Below are positions 17,599 to 27,582 of a stretch of 64,000 nt of DNA, piece by piece. Within the stretch, counting starts at the first letter, position 1. The number at the start of each line of letters is the position of its first letter. Under the pieces are notes generated by a model. That model saw nothing but the letters and a program-made list of their open reading frames with translations. It had not been told where the DNA came from and searched no databases. Origin of the DNA: Candidatus Eiseniibacteriota bacterium. GTDB lineage: Bacteria; Eisenbacteria; RBG-16-71-46. A program made the position numbers and the translations under genes. The stretch covers positions 800-64,799 of the forward strand of contig JANXPZ010000125.1 of the NCBI GenBank assembly GCA_025357055.1, in the 5' to 3' direction.

Positions 17599-18999
17599 CT
17601 ACGAGGCCGGTCGCGCCGGGTCGGGCGGTGCGCCGAAACGGGCCACGACCCAGATCAGGAAGGTGTGGGCGAAGGCGAAGTAGGAGATGTCGAAGTCGTC
17701 CTGGACCAGGATGTAGGTCCAGCCCTGGAGCGCGACGGACCAGGCGAAGAGCGCGGCGATCACGCCGAACAGGACCCACACGATCCCGAGCCACGCCTGC
17801 AGGACCGAGCGCGCCAGCCACCCCCACGCGATCGCCACGGCGAACACGCCCGCCAGCAGCGGCGTCGGGATGTAGGAGAGCTGGATGGCGAACGGGCCGA
17901 ACTGCGCGAACCGGCGCGCGTCCCACAGGAGGAACGGCACCAGCGTCGCGACGAAGGTGGCCACGCACCAGGCCGCCACGACGGCCCCGGAGCGACGGTC
18001 GTTCCGGTAGCGCCACGGCAGGAAGACCGCGTACGCCAGCCCGACGATCCCGCGGGTGGAGAGCAGGAGCCCCGCAGCGATGCCCCGCCAGGGCGTGGTT
18101 CCGGGCCGCGCCCGTCCCTCGATCCCCGCGAGGAACAGCAGCACGAGCGTCATGTTGCTGAAGAGTTCGCTGCGCGTGACGACCTCGTAGAGGAAGAGCG
18201 GTGCGGCGAGCAGCAGTCCGAGCGCGAACCACGCGGTCTCCGGGTGCGCGCGCGCCGCGCGGCGGCAGGCCCAGGCGAAGGCCCCGAAGGCCGCGATCTG
18301 GAGGAGGCCGAGATCGCCGATCGCCTGGAAGGGCAGCGCGATCAGGAACAGCACGGGGAACGCGGACGGCAACACGGCCGAGGCGTACGGGAAGCGGCCG
18401 TGGAGCAGGTGGTCGAGCCACTCGCGGATCGCGGGGTAGCGCGTCACCCGCAGGGCCTCCGGGTCGAACCGCGTCATGACCAGCGCCAGGGCGATCGCGG
18501 CGGCGGCGGCGACGGCGGCGAAGCCCCAGCCGCTGCGGTCGCGGCGCGCGCACCCCCGCGCGAGACGCGGACCCACGAGCCAGAGCGCGGTCGCGAAGGC
18601 CACGTAGAGCGTGGCCGCGAGCAACCCGTGCCCCCCGGCGCGCTGGGGGTACTTGAAGGCGAACGGGAGGTTGACGCCGATGTAGAGCGCGGCGAGCGCG
18701 AACCGGGCGCCGTGGCCGAGACGTTCAGGCGTGGGGATGGTCGCGCTCCTCATCGGCCAGGGGGTCTGCAGACGGTCTCGGGTCGCTCTCCGCGGCGGCA
18801 TCGGCCTGCACGCCGACGCCGTCCGCGCAAAGCTCCGGCCGGGAGGCGGCGTCCGCACTCGCGACCCGGCCGCAGGGCAGACTACGGCCCGTCCGCGGTC
18901 GCTGTCCATGTCGCGCGCACGGGCCGCGGCCGGGAGGCGCGCGCCGCCGGGGCCCGATGAGCGGACGCCGGCGGCGGTACGCGTGGGAAGCAGGCTCAT
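17599..18999 (-). CDS. Polytopic integral membrane protein (possible glycosyltransferase-like/GtrC-like); start uncertain, possibly an internal ATG near 18750
   Basis: More than 10 hydrophobic helices from about residue 90 onward; the N-terminal 80 aa of the track ORF is R/P-rich and probably not translated. Confidence 0.45.
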   Translation of the reverse strand: MSLLPTRTAAGVRSSGPGGARLPAAARARDMDSDRGRAVVCPAAGSRVRTPPPGRSFARTASACRPMPPRRATRDRLQTPWPMRSATIPTPERLGHGARFALAALYIGVNLPFAFKYPQRAGGHGLLAATLYVAFATALWLVGPRLARGCARRDRSGWGFAAVAAAAAIALALVMTRFDPEALRVTRYPAIREWLDHLLHGRFPYASAVLPSAFPVLFLIALPFQAIGDLGLLQIAAFGAFAWACRRAARAHPETAWFALGLLLAAPLFLYEVVTRSELFSNMTLVLLFLAGIEGRARPGTTPWRGIAAGLLLSTRGIVGLAYAVFLPWRYRNDRRSGAVVAAWCVATFVATLVPFLLWDARRFAQFGPFAIQLSYIPTPLLAGVFAVAIAWGWLARSVLQAWLGIVWVLFGVIAALFAWSVALQGWTYILVQDDFDISYFAFAHTFLIWVVARFGAPPDPARPAS

Positions 19000-19081
19000 G
19001 GACGGCGGCCGGGAAGGGGGCTAGGCTCACCGGCTCCCGAAGCGGACTTCCTGTCCCTACGTCCCACCCCGAGGTAGGCCC

Positions 19082-21811
19082 GTGCCCCGACTCCGACTTT
19101 CGCCCATGCTGGTGATCCTCGCCCTGGCGGCGCTCATCTTCGCATTCCCCGCCTTCACCGCCCTGCTCACCGACTGGTGGTGGTTCCGCGAGATCGGCTA
19201 CGAGGTCGTCTTCACCCGTGAGCTCCTGACGCGGTCGCTGCTCTTCCTCATCGTGGGAGCGGTCACCTCCGTCGCGCTCTACCTGAACCTGTGGATCGCG
19301 CAGCGGGGGCGCGTGGCCAGCCCCGTCCTCATCGACGTCGGGCCGACGGTGCCGCAACTGGACCTGACGCGAACGCTTCGCCGGGTGAGTCTGCCGGCCT
19401 CGCTGGTCCTGGGCCTGCTGGCCGGACTCGGCGCCGCGCCGGCGTGGGACATCGTGCTCCAGCTGATCAACCGCACCCCGTTCGGGACCCTGGACCCGGT
19501 CTTCTCGCGCGACATCGGATTCTACGTGTTCACCCTGCCGGGGCTCTCCGCGGCGCTCGCCTTCCTCTCCAGCCTCACCATCGGCTGTCTCGTCCTGCTG
19601 GTGCCCGTCTACTTCGTGCGGGGCGACATCGCCGTGCGCCCCCCGCTGTTCCACATCGGGAGGTCGGCGGGCAGGCACCTCGCCACCGTGCTCGCGGCGC
19701 AGCTGCTCCTCACCGCCGTGCGGCTCTGGCTGGTGGACGTGCCGAACCTGCTGTACTCGTCCACGGGCCCGCTGATCGGCGCGAGCTACACCGATCTGAT
19801 GGCCCGGCTCCCGGCCCTGCGCCTCTCGGCGATCGTGGCGGTGGCGGCCGCCGCCCTGGTGCTGGTCGGCGGTCTGCGGGGACGGCTGGTGCGCTACGGA
19901 TTCGTGGCCGTCGGCGGCTACCTGGTCGTGGTCTTCCTGGGGCGGGGCGTCTTCCCGCAGGTGATGCAGAAGTTCGTGGTGGCGCCGACCGAACTGACCC
20001 GGGAGACGCCCTACCTCCGGTACCACATCGCCGCGACCCGGCTGGCGTGGGGCCTGGACAGCGTGGAGGTCCGTGAGCTGACCGTGGATTCCAGCCTGAC
20101 GCTGGCGGACATCCGCGCCAACGCCCCGACCATCGAGAACGTGCGCCTGTGGGAACGCGAACCCCTGCTGCAGACCTTCGGGCAGCTCCAGGAGATCCGC
20201 ACCTACTACGACTTCGTCTCGGTGGACGACGACCGGTACTGGATCGACGGGCGGTACCGGCAGGTGCTGCTCTCGCCGCGCGAGCTCAACCCCGCGTCGC
20301 TGCCGACGCGGACGTTCATCAACGAGCACCTGACCTTCACACACGGGATGGGACTCACCCTCAGCCCCGTCAACCAGGTGACCACCGAAGGCCTGCCGGT
20401 GCTGTTCGTCAAGGACCTCCCGCCCAGTTCGAACGTGTCGTTGAGGGTCACACGGCCGCAGATCTACTACGGCGAGCTGACCGACTCTTACGCCTTCGTG
20501 GGCACCCGGCAGCGCGAGTTCGACTATCCCTCGGGGGAGGAGAACGTCTACGCCGCCTACCGGGGAAGCGGGGGTGTGCGGGTCGGCAGCCTCTGGCGCC
20601 GCCTCCTGCTCGCCGTCCGCTTCGGCTCCTCGAACATCCTGTTCTCGCAGGACATCGTCAACGACAGCCGGGTGCTCTACAACCGCAACATCAAGGTGCG
20701 CGTGGCGAAGGCGCTGCCGTTCCTCCGGTTCGATCGTGACCCCTATATCGTGATCGCGGCCGACGGCACGCTCAAGTGGATCCTCGACGCCTATACCCGC
20801 ACGGATCGTTATCCCTACGCGAAGCGGCTGGACGATGGTACGAGCTACATGCGCAACAGCGCGAAGATCGTCGTGGATGCGTACGACGGCTCGCTGAAGG
20901 CGTACGTCAGCGTCCCGGGCGATCCACTGATCAGGACCTGGGCCCGCAGCTTCCCCGGCATCTTCATCCCGATGGACAGCATGCCGGCCGACCTGCGCGC
21001 GCACGTCCGCTATCCGGACGACATCTTCCGGATCCAGGCGGGCCTGTACACGACCTACCACATGCAGGCGCCGGAGGACTTCTACCACCGGGAGGACCAG
21101 TGGCAGATCCCCGTCGGGGATTCGGCCACCGGGGCGGTGCCGTTCATGCGCCACATCATCATGCGGCTGCCGGACGAGAAGGCTGCCGAGTTCGTCTACA
21201 TGGTGCCGTTCACGCCACGCGGCAAGGACAACCTGGCGGCCTGGCTGGTGGCGCGGAACGACGGCGCCGAGTACGGGAAGCTGCGGGTGTACCGCTTGTC
21301 CCGGCAGAGTCTCGTGTTCGGGCCGACGCAGATCAAGAACCGGATCAACCAGAACACGGACATCTCCCGCCAGGTGTCGCTGTGGGATCAGCGGGGCTCG
21401 CAGGTCATCCGGGGGGATCTGCTGGTGATCCCGATCGAGGCCTCGCTGCTGTACGTGCAGCCGCTCTACCTGCGGGCGGAGGGCGGGCGGATCCCCGAAC
21501 TCAAGCGCGTGGTGGTCGCCTATCAGAACCAGGTGGTGATGTCCGAGACCCTCGACGGCGCCCTGACGGAGCTGTTCGGCGGCTCCGCCGGTCCGCGCAG
21601 CCAGGCGGGGCCGGCCGTGGCGGCGGTGTCGGGCGGGACGCCGCTGGGCGGCGCGGAGTTCCAGGCGACGGTCGCCGAGGCGCGGCAGCGCTATCAGAGC
21701 GCGCTGCAGGCGCAGCGCGCGGGCGACTGGGCCCGCTACGGTGAGGAGATCCGGCGACTGGGCGAGCTGCTCGAGCGGGTCGGGGCGGGCGGCCCCCCGC
21801 GGCAGCGGTAG
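19082..21811 (+). CDS. UPF0182-family large membrane protein
   Basis: 909 aa; N-terminus ...LTDWWWFREIGYEVVFTRELLTRSLLF... plus multiple N-terminal TM helices, typical of UPF0182; long soluble C-terminal region. Confidence 0.7.
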   Translation: MPRLRLSPMLVILALAALIFAFPAFTALLTDWWWFREIGYEVVFTRELLTRSLLFLIVGAVTSVALYLNLWIAQRGRVASPVLIDVGPTVPQLDLTRTLRRVSLPASLVLGLLAGLGAAPAWDIVLQLINRTPFGTLDPVFSRDIGFYVFTLPGLSAALAFLSSLTIGCLVLLVPVYFVRGDIAVRPPLFHIGRSAGRHLATVLAAQLLLTAVRLWLVDVPNLLYSSTGPLIGASYTDLMARLPALRLSAIVAVAAAALVLVGGLRGRLVRYGFVAVGGYLVVVFLGRGVFPQVMQKFVVAPTELTRETPYLRYHIAATRLAWGLDSVEVRELTVDSSLTLADIRANAPTIENVRLWEREPLLQTFGQLQEIRTYYDFVSVDDDRYWIDGRYRQVLLSPRELNPASLPTRTFINEHLTFTHGMGLTLSPVNQVTTEGLPVLFVKDLPPSSNVSLRVTRPQIYYGELTDSYAFVGTRQREFDYPSGEENVYAAYRGSGGVRVGSLWRRLLLAVRFGSSNILFSQDIVNDSRVLYNRNIKVRVAKALPFLRFDRDPYIVIAADGTLKWILDAYTRTDRYPYAKRLDDGTSYMRNSAKIVVDAYDGSLKAYVSVPGDPLIRTWARSFPGIFIPMDSMPADLRAHVRYPDDIFRIQAGLYTTYHMQAPEDFYHREDQWQIPVGDSATGAVPFMRHIIMRLPDEKAAEFVYMVPFTPRGKDNLAAWLVARNDGAEYGKLRVYRLSRQSLVFGPTQIKNRINQNTDISRQVSLWDQRGSQVIRGDLLVIPIEASLLYVQPLYLRAEGGRIPELKRVVVAYQNQVVMSETLDGALTELFGGSAGPRSQAGPAVAAVSGGTPLGGAEFQATVAEARQRYQSALQAQRAGDWARYGEEIRRLGELLERVGAGGPPRQR

Positions 21812-21958
21812 CCTGTTCCGGCGGGCCGCGACGGGTGCGCGGGACGAAGCATCCGTCGCGGCTGCGCGGAGCATCGCAGCGCGGGACCGGGATCACGAAG
21901 CGTGAGACCGCGTCCTCGCGACGCGCTTCAGGACGGGCCCGGGCCGGCCCTCCGGCCG

Positions 21959-22764
21959 CTACATCGCGTCGAGGAACCGCTGGAAGCCCGGAGTGACCTG
22001 GGCGCCTGCGTGCTTCTTCCGGAGATAGGCGTGATTGGTCGTGTAGGCGCGCACCGACGAGCTCACGTCCTTGAAGCAGCGGGGATAGGTCTTCTGCCGG
22101 TGGTGGAAGACGAATGACGTGTGCGCGATCGCGTGCGTCCAGCCGAGCAGGTGTGCGCGGATGCAGTAGTCGTTGTCCTCTTCGCACCCGAGCCCGAATC
22201 GCTCGTCGAACAGCCCGACCTGGGCGAACGCCTCCGCCCGGACCAGGGTGCAGAAGAACATGAGCGGGTGATCCACGACCACGTACGGCCTGCTCTGCTG
22301 GAGCGCCGCCAGCCTCAGCTGCCTGGAGGTGGCTTCGATGTGGCTGATCGAAAGTGGCGGAGAGAAGCTCACGACCTTCTGTTCGTATTTCTCGAGGGCG
22401 CCATTGGTCACCGGCCCGACCAGGCCGATCGCCGGGTCCATCTCCAGGACCGCCAGCAGGTGCTCGAGCCATCCCGGCGTGCAGTAGGTGTCCGAGTTCA
22501 GGAAACAGACGTGCCCCGAGACGATCTGCCGCAGGGCAAGATTGTTCCCTCCCGGGAACCCGAGGTTCTTCTCCGAGCGGATGACCTGGGTGTCGGGGGC
22601 GTTCGACTGGATGTCGGCGATCAACGAGGCCGTCTCGCTGTCGGAGCCATTGTCCACCAGCCACAGCTGGTACAGGTCGCCGGGAGTGTTCCTGAACAGG
22701 CCACGGATGGTGAGCTTGAGGTCTTCGGGCTGGTTGTAGACGGGAACGACGATGTGGGTCTTCA
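21959..22764 (-). CDS. Family 2 glycosyltransferase
   Basis: ...HIVVPVYNQPEDLKLTIRGL...LWLVDNGSDSET... GT2 N-terminal signature; GTG start at 22764 (track ORF extends to 22792); visually lower GC than its neighbours. Confidence 0.7.
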
Positions 22765-23130
22765 CGAGTCCCCAGACTCCCCTGGAACGCACCCCGGACG
22801 CGGAGCGGCGGCCGTCTCAGCCGATCCCCTGGAGTGGAAGGACGGGAGCCCGGCCGCGCACGGCGGCGACCATACACGCAGCCCGGCATCGGGTCACGCG
22901 CATTCGGGCTCCAGCCCGGACGATCCGTGACCCGCCGCTGCGAGCGCGATCCGATCGCGGTCTGCGGTGCGCGGGGGCCCGGGCCCGGCCCGATCCCGAC
23001 GGTTCACCTCCCGGCGCCCCCTGTGCGAGAATGACGCCTCGTCGGGCCGCAGCACGGGAGCGCAGCCGCGCGAAGGCCCCGCAGGGCGGGGGCGCACGCT
23101 CCCGCACCCAGGTCCATCCAGGAGGCGGCC

Positions 23131-23571
23131 ATGAGCCGAGTCGCGGACGTCCTTTCGCACAAGGGCCGTGAGGTCCACACCGTCGAGCGCGAGACGACCA
23201 CCTTCGAGGCGCTGGAGAAGATGGTCCGGCACAACGTCGGCGCGCTGGTGGTCACGGCGGGTGACGCCATCGCCGGCATCTTCACCGAGCGCGACTTCCT
23301 GCGGCGCGTCGTGCTCCAGGGGCGCGACCCGAAGGTCACGCGGGTGCGCGAGGTCATGAGCGAGCGCCTGGTCTGCACCGACCCCGACCGGCCGGTGGAG
23401 GACTGCATGGCGGTGATGACCCACGAGCGCATCCGCCACCTGCCCGTGGTCGTCTCGGGAAAGCTGGCGGGGATCGTCTCCATCGGGGACGTGGTGCGGC
23501 ACCTTTCGGCGGAGCGTCACGTCGAGATCCGCTACCTCACCGACTACATCACGGGCAAGTACCCGGGCTGA
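23131..23571 (+). CDS. CBS-pair domain protein
   Basis: AGGAGG RBS 7 nt upstream of the ATG; two CBS motifs (…VGALVVTAGDAIAGIFTERDFLRRV… and …HLPVVVSGKLAGIVSIGDVVRHL…). Confidence 0.8.
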   Translation: MSRVADVLSHKGREVHTVERETTTFEALEKMVRHNVGALVVTAGDAIAGIFTERDFLRRVVLQGRDPKVTRVREVMSERLVCTDPDRPVEDCMAVMTHERIRHLPVVVSGKLAGIVSIGDVVRHLSAERHVEIRYLTDYITGKYPG

Positions 23572-23697
23572 GCCGCGGACGATGACGCACACGGGGGGCG
23601 GTGCGGGCTTCGAGGGGCGCGCCGCGGGGGGCCATCCCGGCTCCCGGTCGCTCCTGCGCACGCTCCGCGAAGCGCTCGTCGCTGCGGACGGCATGGC

Positions 23698-24765
23698 GTG
23701 ACGGGCCTGCGCAGTCCGCTCGGCAAGATCGCGCCCGGGCAGTTCGAGCGGGTCATCGCGCCGCACCTGGGCGCCGAACGCTCCGAGGTGCTGGTGGGGC
23801 CGCGCGCGGGACAGGACTCGGCCATCGTGAAGCTGGGCGGCGGGCGCGTGCTCGCCGTCACCACCGATCCGCTCTCGGTGGTGCCCGCGCTCGGCTTCGA
23901 GGCCTCGGCGCGGCTCTCCTGCCATCTGATCGCCTCCGATCTGTGGACCACGGGCATCGCGCCCGCCTGGGCCTCGATCACGTTCAACCTGCCGCCGCAG
24001 ATGGACGACGCCGACCTCGAGACCTACTGGCTGGCGATGAGCGACGAGTGGGCGCGGCTGGGGGTCTCGGTCGTGACCGGCCACACCGGACGATACGCGG
24101 GCTGCGACTACTCCATCATCGGCGCGGGCACGGTGATGGGCGTGGGTGAGGAGTCCGGCTACCTCACGCCCGCCATGGCCTCACCGGGCGATCGCGTGAT
24201 CGTGACCAAGGGTTGCGCGATCGAAGCCACGGCGATCGCGGCCTGGCTGTTCCCGAAGCGGCTGGGCGCGAAGCTCGGCCCCGAAGGCGTCGTGCGGGCC
24301 CGGGCGCTGCTCGGCCAGGTCAGCGTCGTGGCCGACTGCCGGGCCGCAGTGCGCGTGGGGGTGCGCGAGCGCGGGGTGACCGCGCTGCACGACGCCACCG
24401 AGGGCGGCGTGCTCGGCGGCCTGCTCGAACTGGCGCGCGCCTGCGGGCACGATCTGGCGGTCGAGCGCGCGCGGGTCCCGCTCACGCCCGAGGCGCGGGC
24501 GGCCTGCGAGGTGTTCGGCACCGATCCGTACTGGACGCTCTCCGAGGGGACCCTGATCGCCACGGTGCGGCCCGCGCAGGTCACGGCCGTGCTCGCAGCG
24601 CTCGCCGCCGCGGAGATCCCGGCAGCAGAAGTGGGCGAGGTCGTGCCCGGCAGCGGGGCGCTGCGGCTCGCGGAGCCCGGTGGCGGCACGAGCCGGCTGA
24701 CCGAGCCACGGCCCGACCCCTACTGGCCGGCGTATCAACGGGCGATCGACGAGAGCTGGGAATAG
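23698..24765 (+). CDS. AIR-synthase-related (PurM-like superfamily) protein
   Basis: ...DSAIVKLGGGRVLAVTTDPL... N-terminal PurM-like motif and C-terminal PurM_C-like region; exact function not assignable. Confidence 0.6.
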   Translation: MTGLRSPLGKIAPGQFERVIAPHLGAERSEVLVGPRAGQDSAIVKLGGGRVLAVTTDPLSVVPALGFEASARLSCHLIASDLWTTGIAPAWASITFNLPPQMDDADLETYWLAMSDEWARLGVSVVTGHTGRYAGCDYSIIGAGTVMGVGEESGYLTPAMASPGDRVIVTKGCAIEATAIAAWLFPKRLGAKLGPEGVVRARALLGQVSVVADCRAAVRVGVRERGVTALHDATEGGVLGGLLELARACGHDLAVERARVPLTPEARAACEVFGTDPYWTLSEGTLIATVRPAQVTAVLAALAAAEIPAAEVGEVVPGSGALRLAEPGGGTSRLTEPRPDPYWPAYQRAIDESWE

Positions 24766-24826
24766 CGGGGCCCGTCGCGCGCACATCGTGGGCCGCGGCT
24801 CGCCCCGGTCGCTGCCGCCGTGCGCG

Positions 24827-26689
24827 CTACTTCGCCAGGACGTCCTCCGGCGGCGCGTGCAGGGCCCGGGCGACCGGGATGAGGTTCTGCTCGGGGTCGG
24901 CCCAGGGTGAGCGGCGGTAGAAGAACTCCAGGCGCTCGTGCGGGTTCTTCGCGAAGGCCGGGTCCGAGGCGACCCGCGCGCGGAACTCCCCGGCCAGCGC
25001 GGGATCCTCCTGCATCATCTTCCGCGCCAGCGGCTCGACCACGTAGGCCTCGCCGTACTCCTTCTTCTCGAGCACGGTGTCGAAGAAGTTCCAGCGCGCG
25101 AGCGCGTCGGGCGCCTGCGCCTCGAACAGCTGCACGGCCACCAGGGCCGAGCGCTGGTCGAGCGGCACCCAGACATCCCCGGGCCGGTACGTCCGAAGGC
25201 GCCGCACCGGCTCGATCCTGCCGATCTGGAGCGGGAAGTGGCCCTCGCTGGGCTCGCTCGCGGCCTTCCATTCCGCGATGCGCGCCTGCTCGACGGTGTC
25301 GCTCCAGGCCCGCGCGAAGCGGCGGTAGCGCACGCCGTGGACGTCGAGCCGCTCGATGACCGACTGCCATTCCTGCGGCACCAGGTAGCCGACCGGCTGG
25401 GTCACGGTGAGCGCGGGCGCGAGCGCGAAGAAGCGTGGGACCAGCGTGTCGAACGGCGCGGTGCCGTAGCGGATCACCGGCGCGCCCGCGATCTCGCTCC
25501 ACTCCCAGACGGGGCGCACGCCCTTGAGCACGAACATCACGCTGTCGCCGGTGAGTCGCGAGGAAAGCGCGATCCCGCGCTTCGCCGGGTCGGGCTCGCG
25601 CCCGCGCGCGATGACCTGCGCCTCGGCGTCGGCCACCGCCTGCAGGAGGTCCTGCGGGCGCGCGTTGACCTCGGCGAGCGTGGCGGAGACCACGTCGTAG
25701 GTGGCCCGCACGCGCGTCTCGTAGGGCTTGAGCATGTGGGTCTCGAGCAGGATCGCGGGCCGGCACTGGAACGTCGGGTAGCCGGTCGAGAAGCGCGGCG
25801 GGGTGTCTCCCGAGCTGAAACCACGGAAGGGATTGGACCAGTCCCGCAGGTAGAGGTAGGGCCCGACGACGTGCCCCAGCACCTCGACCGCGGGGAGTGC
25901 GCGGCCCTCGAAGGCCGTCTCGATCCAGCGCGTCACGCTGGCCGGCCCCTGGGGACCGTGGTTGTAGCCCCAGGTGACGTCGTAGCGGCAGTCGAGGCCG
26001 TCGGTGGTGTGCGTGTCCACCAGCAGGTCCGGCCACCAGCGCGTGAAGACGTGCGACAGGAACGCGCGCATCTCCGGGGACTCGGCCTTCATGTAGTCGC
26101 GGTTCAGGTTCAGCCCGATGGGCGTGGTCCGCCAGCCCGCCTCCTCGGGGCCGTTCTGGTTGATGCGGCTGGTGCGGCTGCTGCGCTCGTGCGCGTCCGG
26201 CGAGAACATGGGCACGACCAGCAGGATGCAGTGGTCGAGCAGGTCCTGCTGGCGGCCGGTGATGGCGATGTCGCGCAGCAGGGCGAGCATGGCGTCCTTG
26301 CCCTCGATCTCGCCGGAGTGCACGCCGCACTGGACCAGCACCACGGGCTTGCCGCTGGCGCGCGCGGCCTCGGGCGTGAACGCGCGGTCCTTCGCGGCGA
26401 CGACCAGCAGGAGCTCCCGGCCCTGCCCGCTCGTGCCGAAGGACTGCACGCGGATCAAGGACGATCCCGATTCGAGCCGGCGCAGGTACTCGACCGTCTC
26501 GTCGTAGGTCGCGGTCAGGCGGTAGCCCGTGCGCTCGGCGCGGGTGGCCCAGAACGTGGACAGCCCGAGCACCGGCGCCATGGGGCGCGGTGCGAGGGTG
26601 AGCGAATCGGCGCGGGTCTGCGCCGACCCGGAGCCCGGGGCCAGCAGGATGGCGAGGACCACCACGAAGGCGGCGACACGGCGGATCAT
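24827..26689 (-). CDS. Secreted M14-family zinc carboxypeptidase-like protein
   Basis: Signal peptide MIRRVAAFVVVLAILLAPGSGSA; ...VQCGVHSGEIEGKDAMLALL... (HxxE zinc site); the track ORF extends to 27469 but overlaps the response-regulator gene in another frame and is rejected. Confidence 0.65.
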   Translation of the reverse strand: MIRRVAAFVVVLAILLAPGSGSAQTRADSLTLAPRPMAPVLGLSTFWATRAERTGYRLTATYDETVEYLRRLESGSSLIRVQSFGTSGQGRELLLVVAAKDRAFTPEAARASGKPVVLVQCGVHSGEIEGKDAMLALLRDIAITGRQQDLLDHCILLVVPMFSPDAHERSSRTSRINQNGPEEAGWRTTPIGLNLNRDYMKAESPEMRAFLSHVFTRWWPDLLVDTHTTDGLDCRYDVTWGYNHGPQGPASVTRWIETAFEGRALPAVEVLGHVVGPYLYLRDWSNPFRGFSSGDTPPRFSTGYPTFQCRPAILLETHMLKPYETRVRATYDVVSATLAEVNARPQDLLQAVADAEAQVIARGREPDPAKRGIALSSRLTGDSVMFVLKGVRPVWEWSEIAGAPVIRYGTAPFDTLVPRFFALAPALTVTQPVGYLVPQEWQSVIERLDVHGVRYRRFARAWSDTVEQARIAEWKAASEPSEGHFPLQIGRIEPVRRLRTYRPGDVWVPLDQRSALVAVQLFEAQAPDALARWNFFDTVLEKKEYGEAYVVEPLARKMMQEDPALAGEFRARVASDPAFAKNPHERLEFFYRRSPWADPEQNLIPVARALHAPPEDVLAK

Positions 26690-26820
26690 GGGCGCAGGAT
26701 AGCACACGGGCACGCCGGCTCCGTGCGCGCGGTCGTTGCGCGCGGGGGCGCCGCCGGCGTCCGGTCGCCGCGGATCGTGGTCCGGTCGCGTCGTCGTCGG
26801 CGGCCCACGAGGGGGCCGGG

Positions 26821-27582
26821 CTAGAGCAGCTCCTTCAGCCGCGCGTGACCCGAGCGGCTCACGGGGATCTGCTTGCCATCCTGGAGCACGGCCACGTAAC
26901 TGTCCTTCGCATACAACTCGAGGCGCGCGAGCCGCTCGATGTTGAGCACGCAGGAGCGGTGGATCCGCACGAAGCGCGCGGGGTCGAGCCCGGCCGCGAC
27001 CTCGGCCAGGGGTTGCGGCTTGAGGTGGGTCCTGCCTCCGGCGCGGATGCCGACGTAGTCGTCCTGGGCCTCGATCCAGTCCACCTGGCCCACCGGGATG
27101 ACGTGCACGTTCGGACCGTCCTTGACGAGCAGGCGCTCGACGTACCGCCCGGGCGGGCGCGCCGCCGCGGCGAGCGTGGCGGGCGAAGGCGCGGGGGCGG
27201 CGACCGCGGCGCCGAGCCGCGCGCGGGCCTGCGCGAGCGCCTCGCCCAGCCGCTCGCGGGTGACGGGCTTCAGCACGTAGTCCACCGCGTGCACCTCGAA
27301 GGCCTTGAGCGCGTACTCGTCGTACGCGGTCACGAACACGACGGCGGGCGGCCGCTCGAGCAGGTCCAGCACCTCGAAGCCGTCGAGCTTGGGCATCTGG
27401 ATGTCCAGGAAGACGACGTCGGGGGCCCGCTCGCCGATGACCTTCACCGCGTCGAACCCGTTCGCGCATTCGCCCACGATCTCGATGCCGGAGTGCGCGG
27501 CGAGGTATTCGCGCAGCAAGCCGCGCGCGGGGGCCTCGTCGTCCACGATCACGACCCGCAGGGCGCCCGGATCAGGCGGCAT
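26821..27582 (-). CDS. LytTR-family response regulator (receiver + LytTR DNA-binding domain)
   Basis: ...VVIVDDE...DVVFLDIQMPKLDGFEV... receiver domain; C-terminal ...FVRIHRSCVLNIERL... LytTR motif. Confidence 0.85.
   Translation of the reverse strand: MPPDPGALRVVIVDDEAPARGLLREYLAAHSGIEIVGECANGFDAVKVIGERAPDVVFLDIQMPKLDGFEVLDLLERPPAVVFVTAYDEYALKAFEVHAVDYVLKPVTRERLGEALAQARARLGAAVAAPAPSPATLAAAARPPGRYVERLLVKDGPNVHVIPVGQVDWIEAQDDYVGIRAGGRTHLKPQPLAEVAAGLDPARFVRIHRSCVLNIERLARLELYAKDSYVAVLQDGKQIPVSRSGHARLKELL

Noticed and set aside
24827-27469. 880-aa ORF extending the M14 peptidase over the LytTR regulator
   Set aside because: The upstream 260 aa are an off-frame translation of the response-regulator gene; the peptidase starts at MIRRVAAF (26689) with a signal peptide
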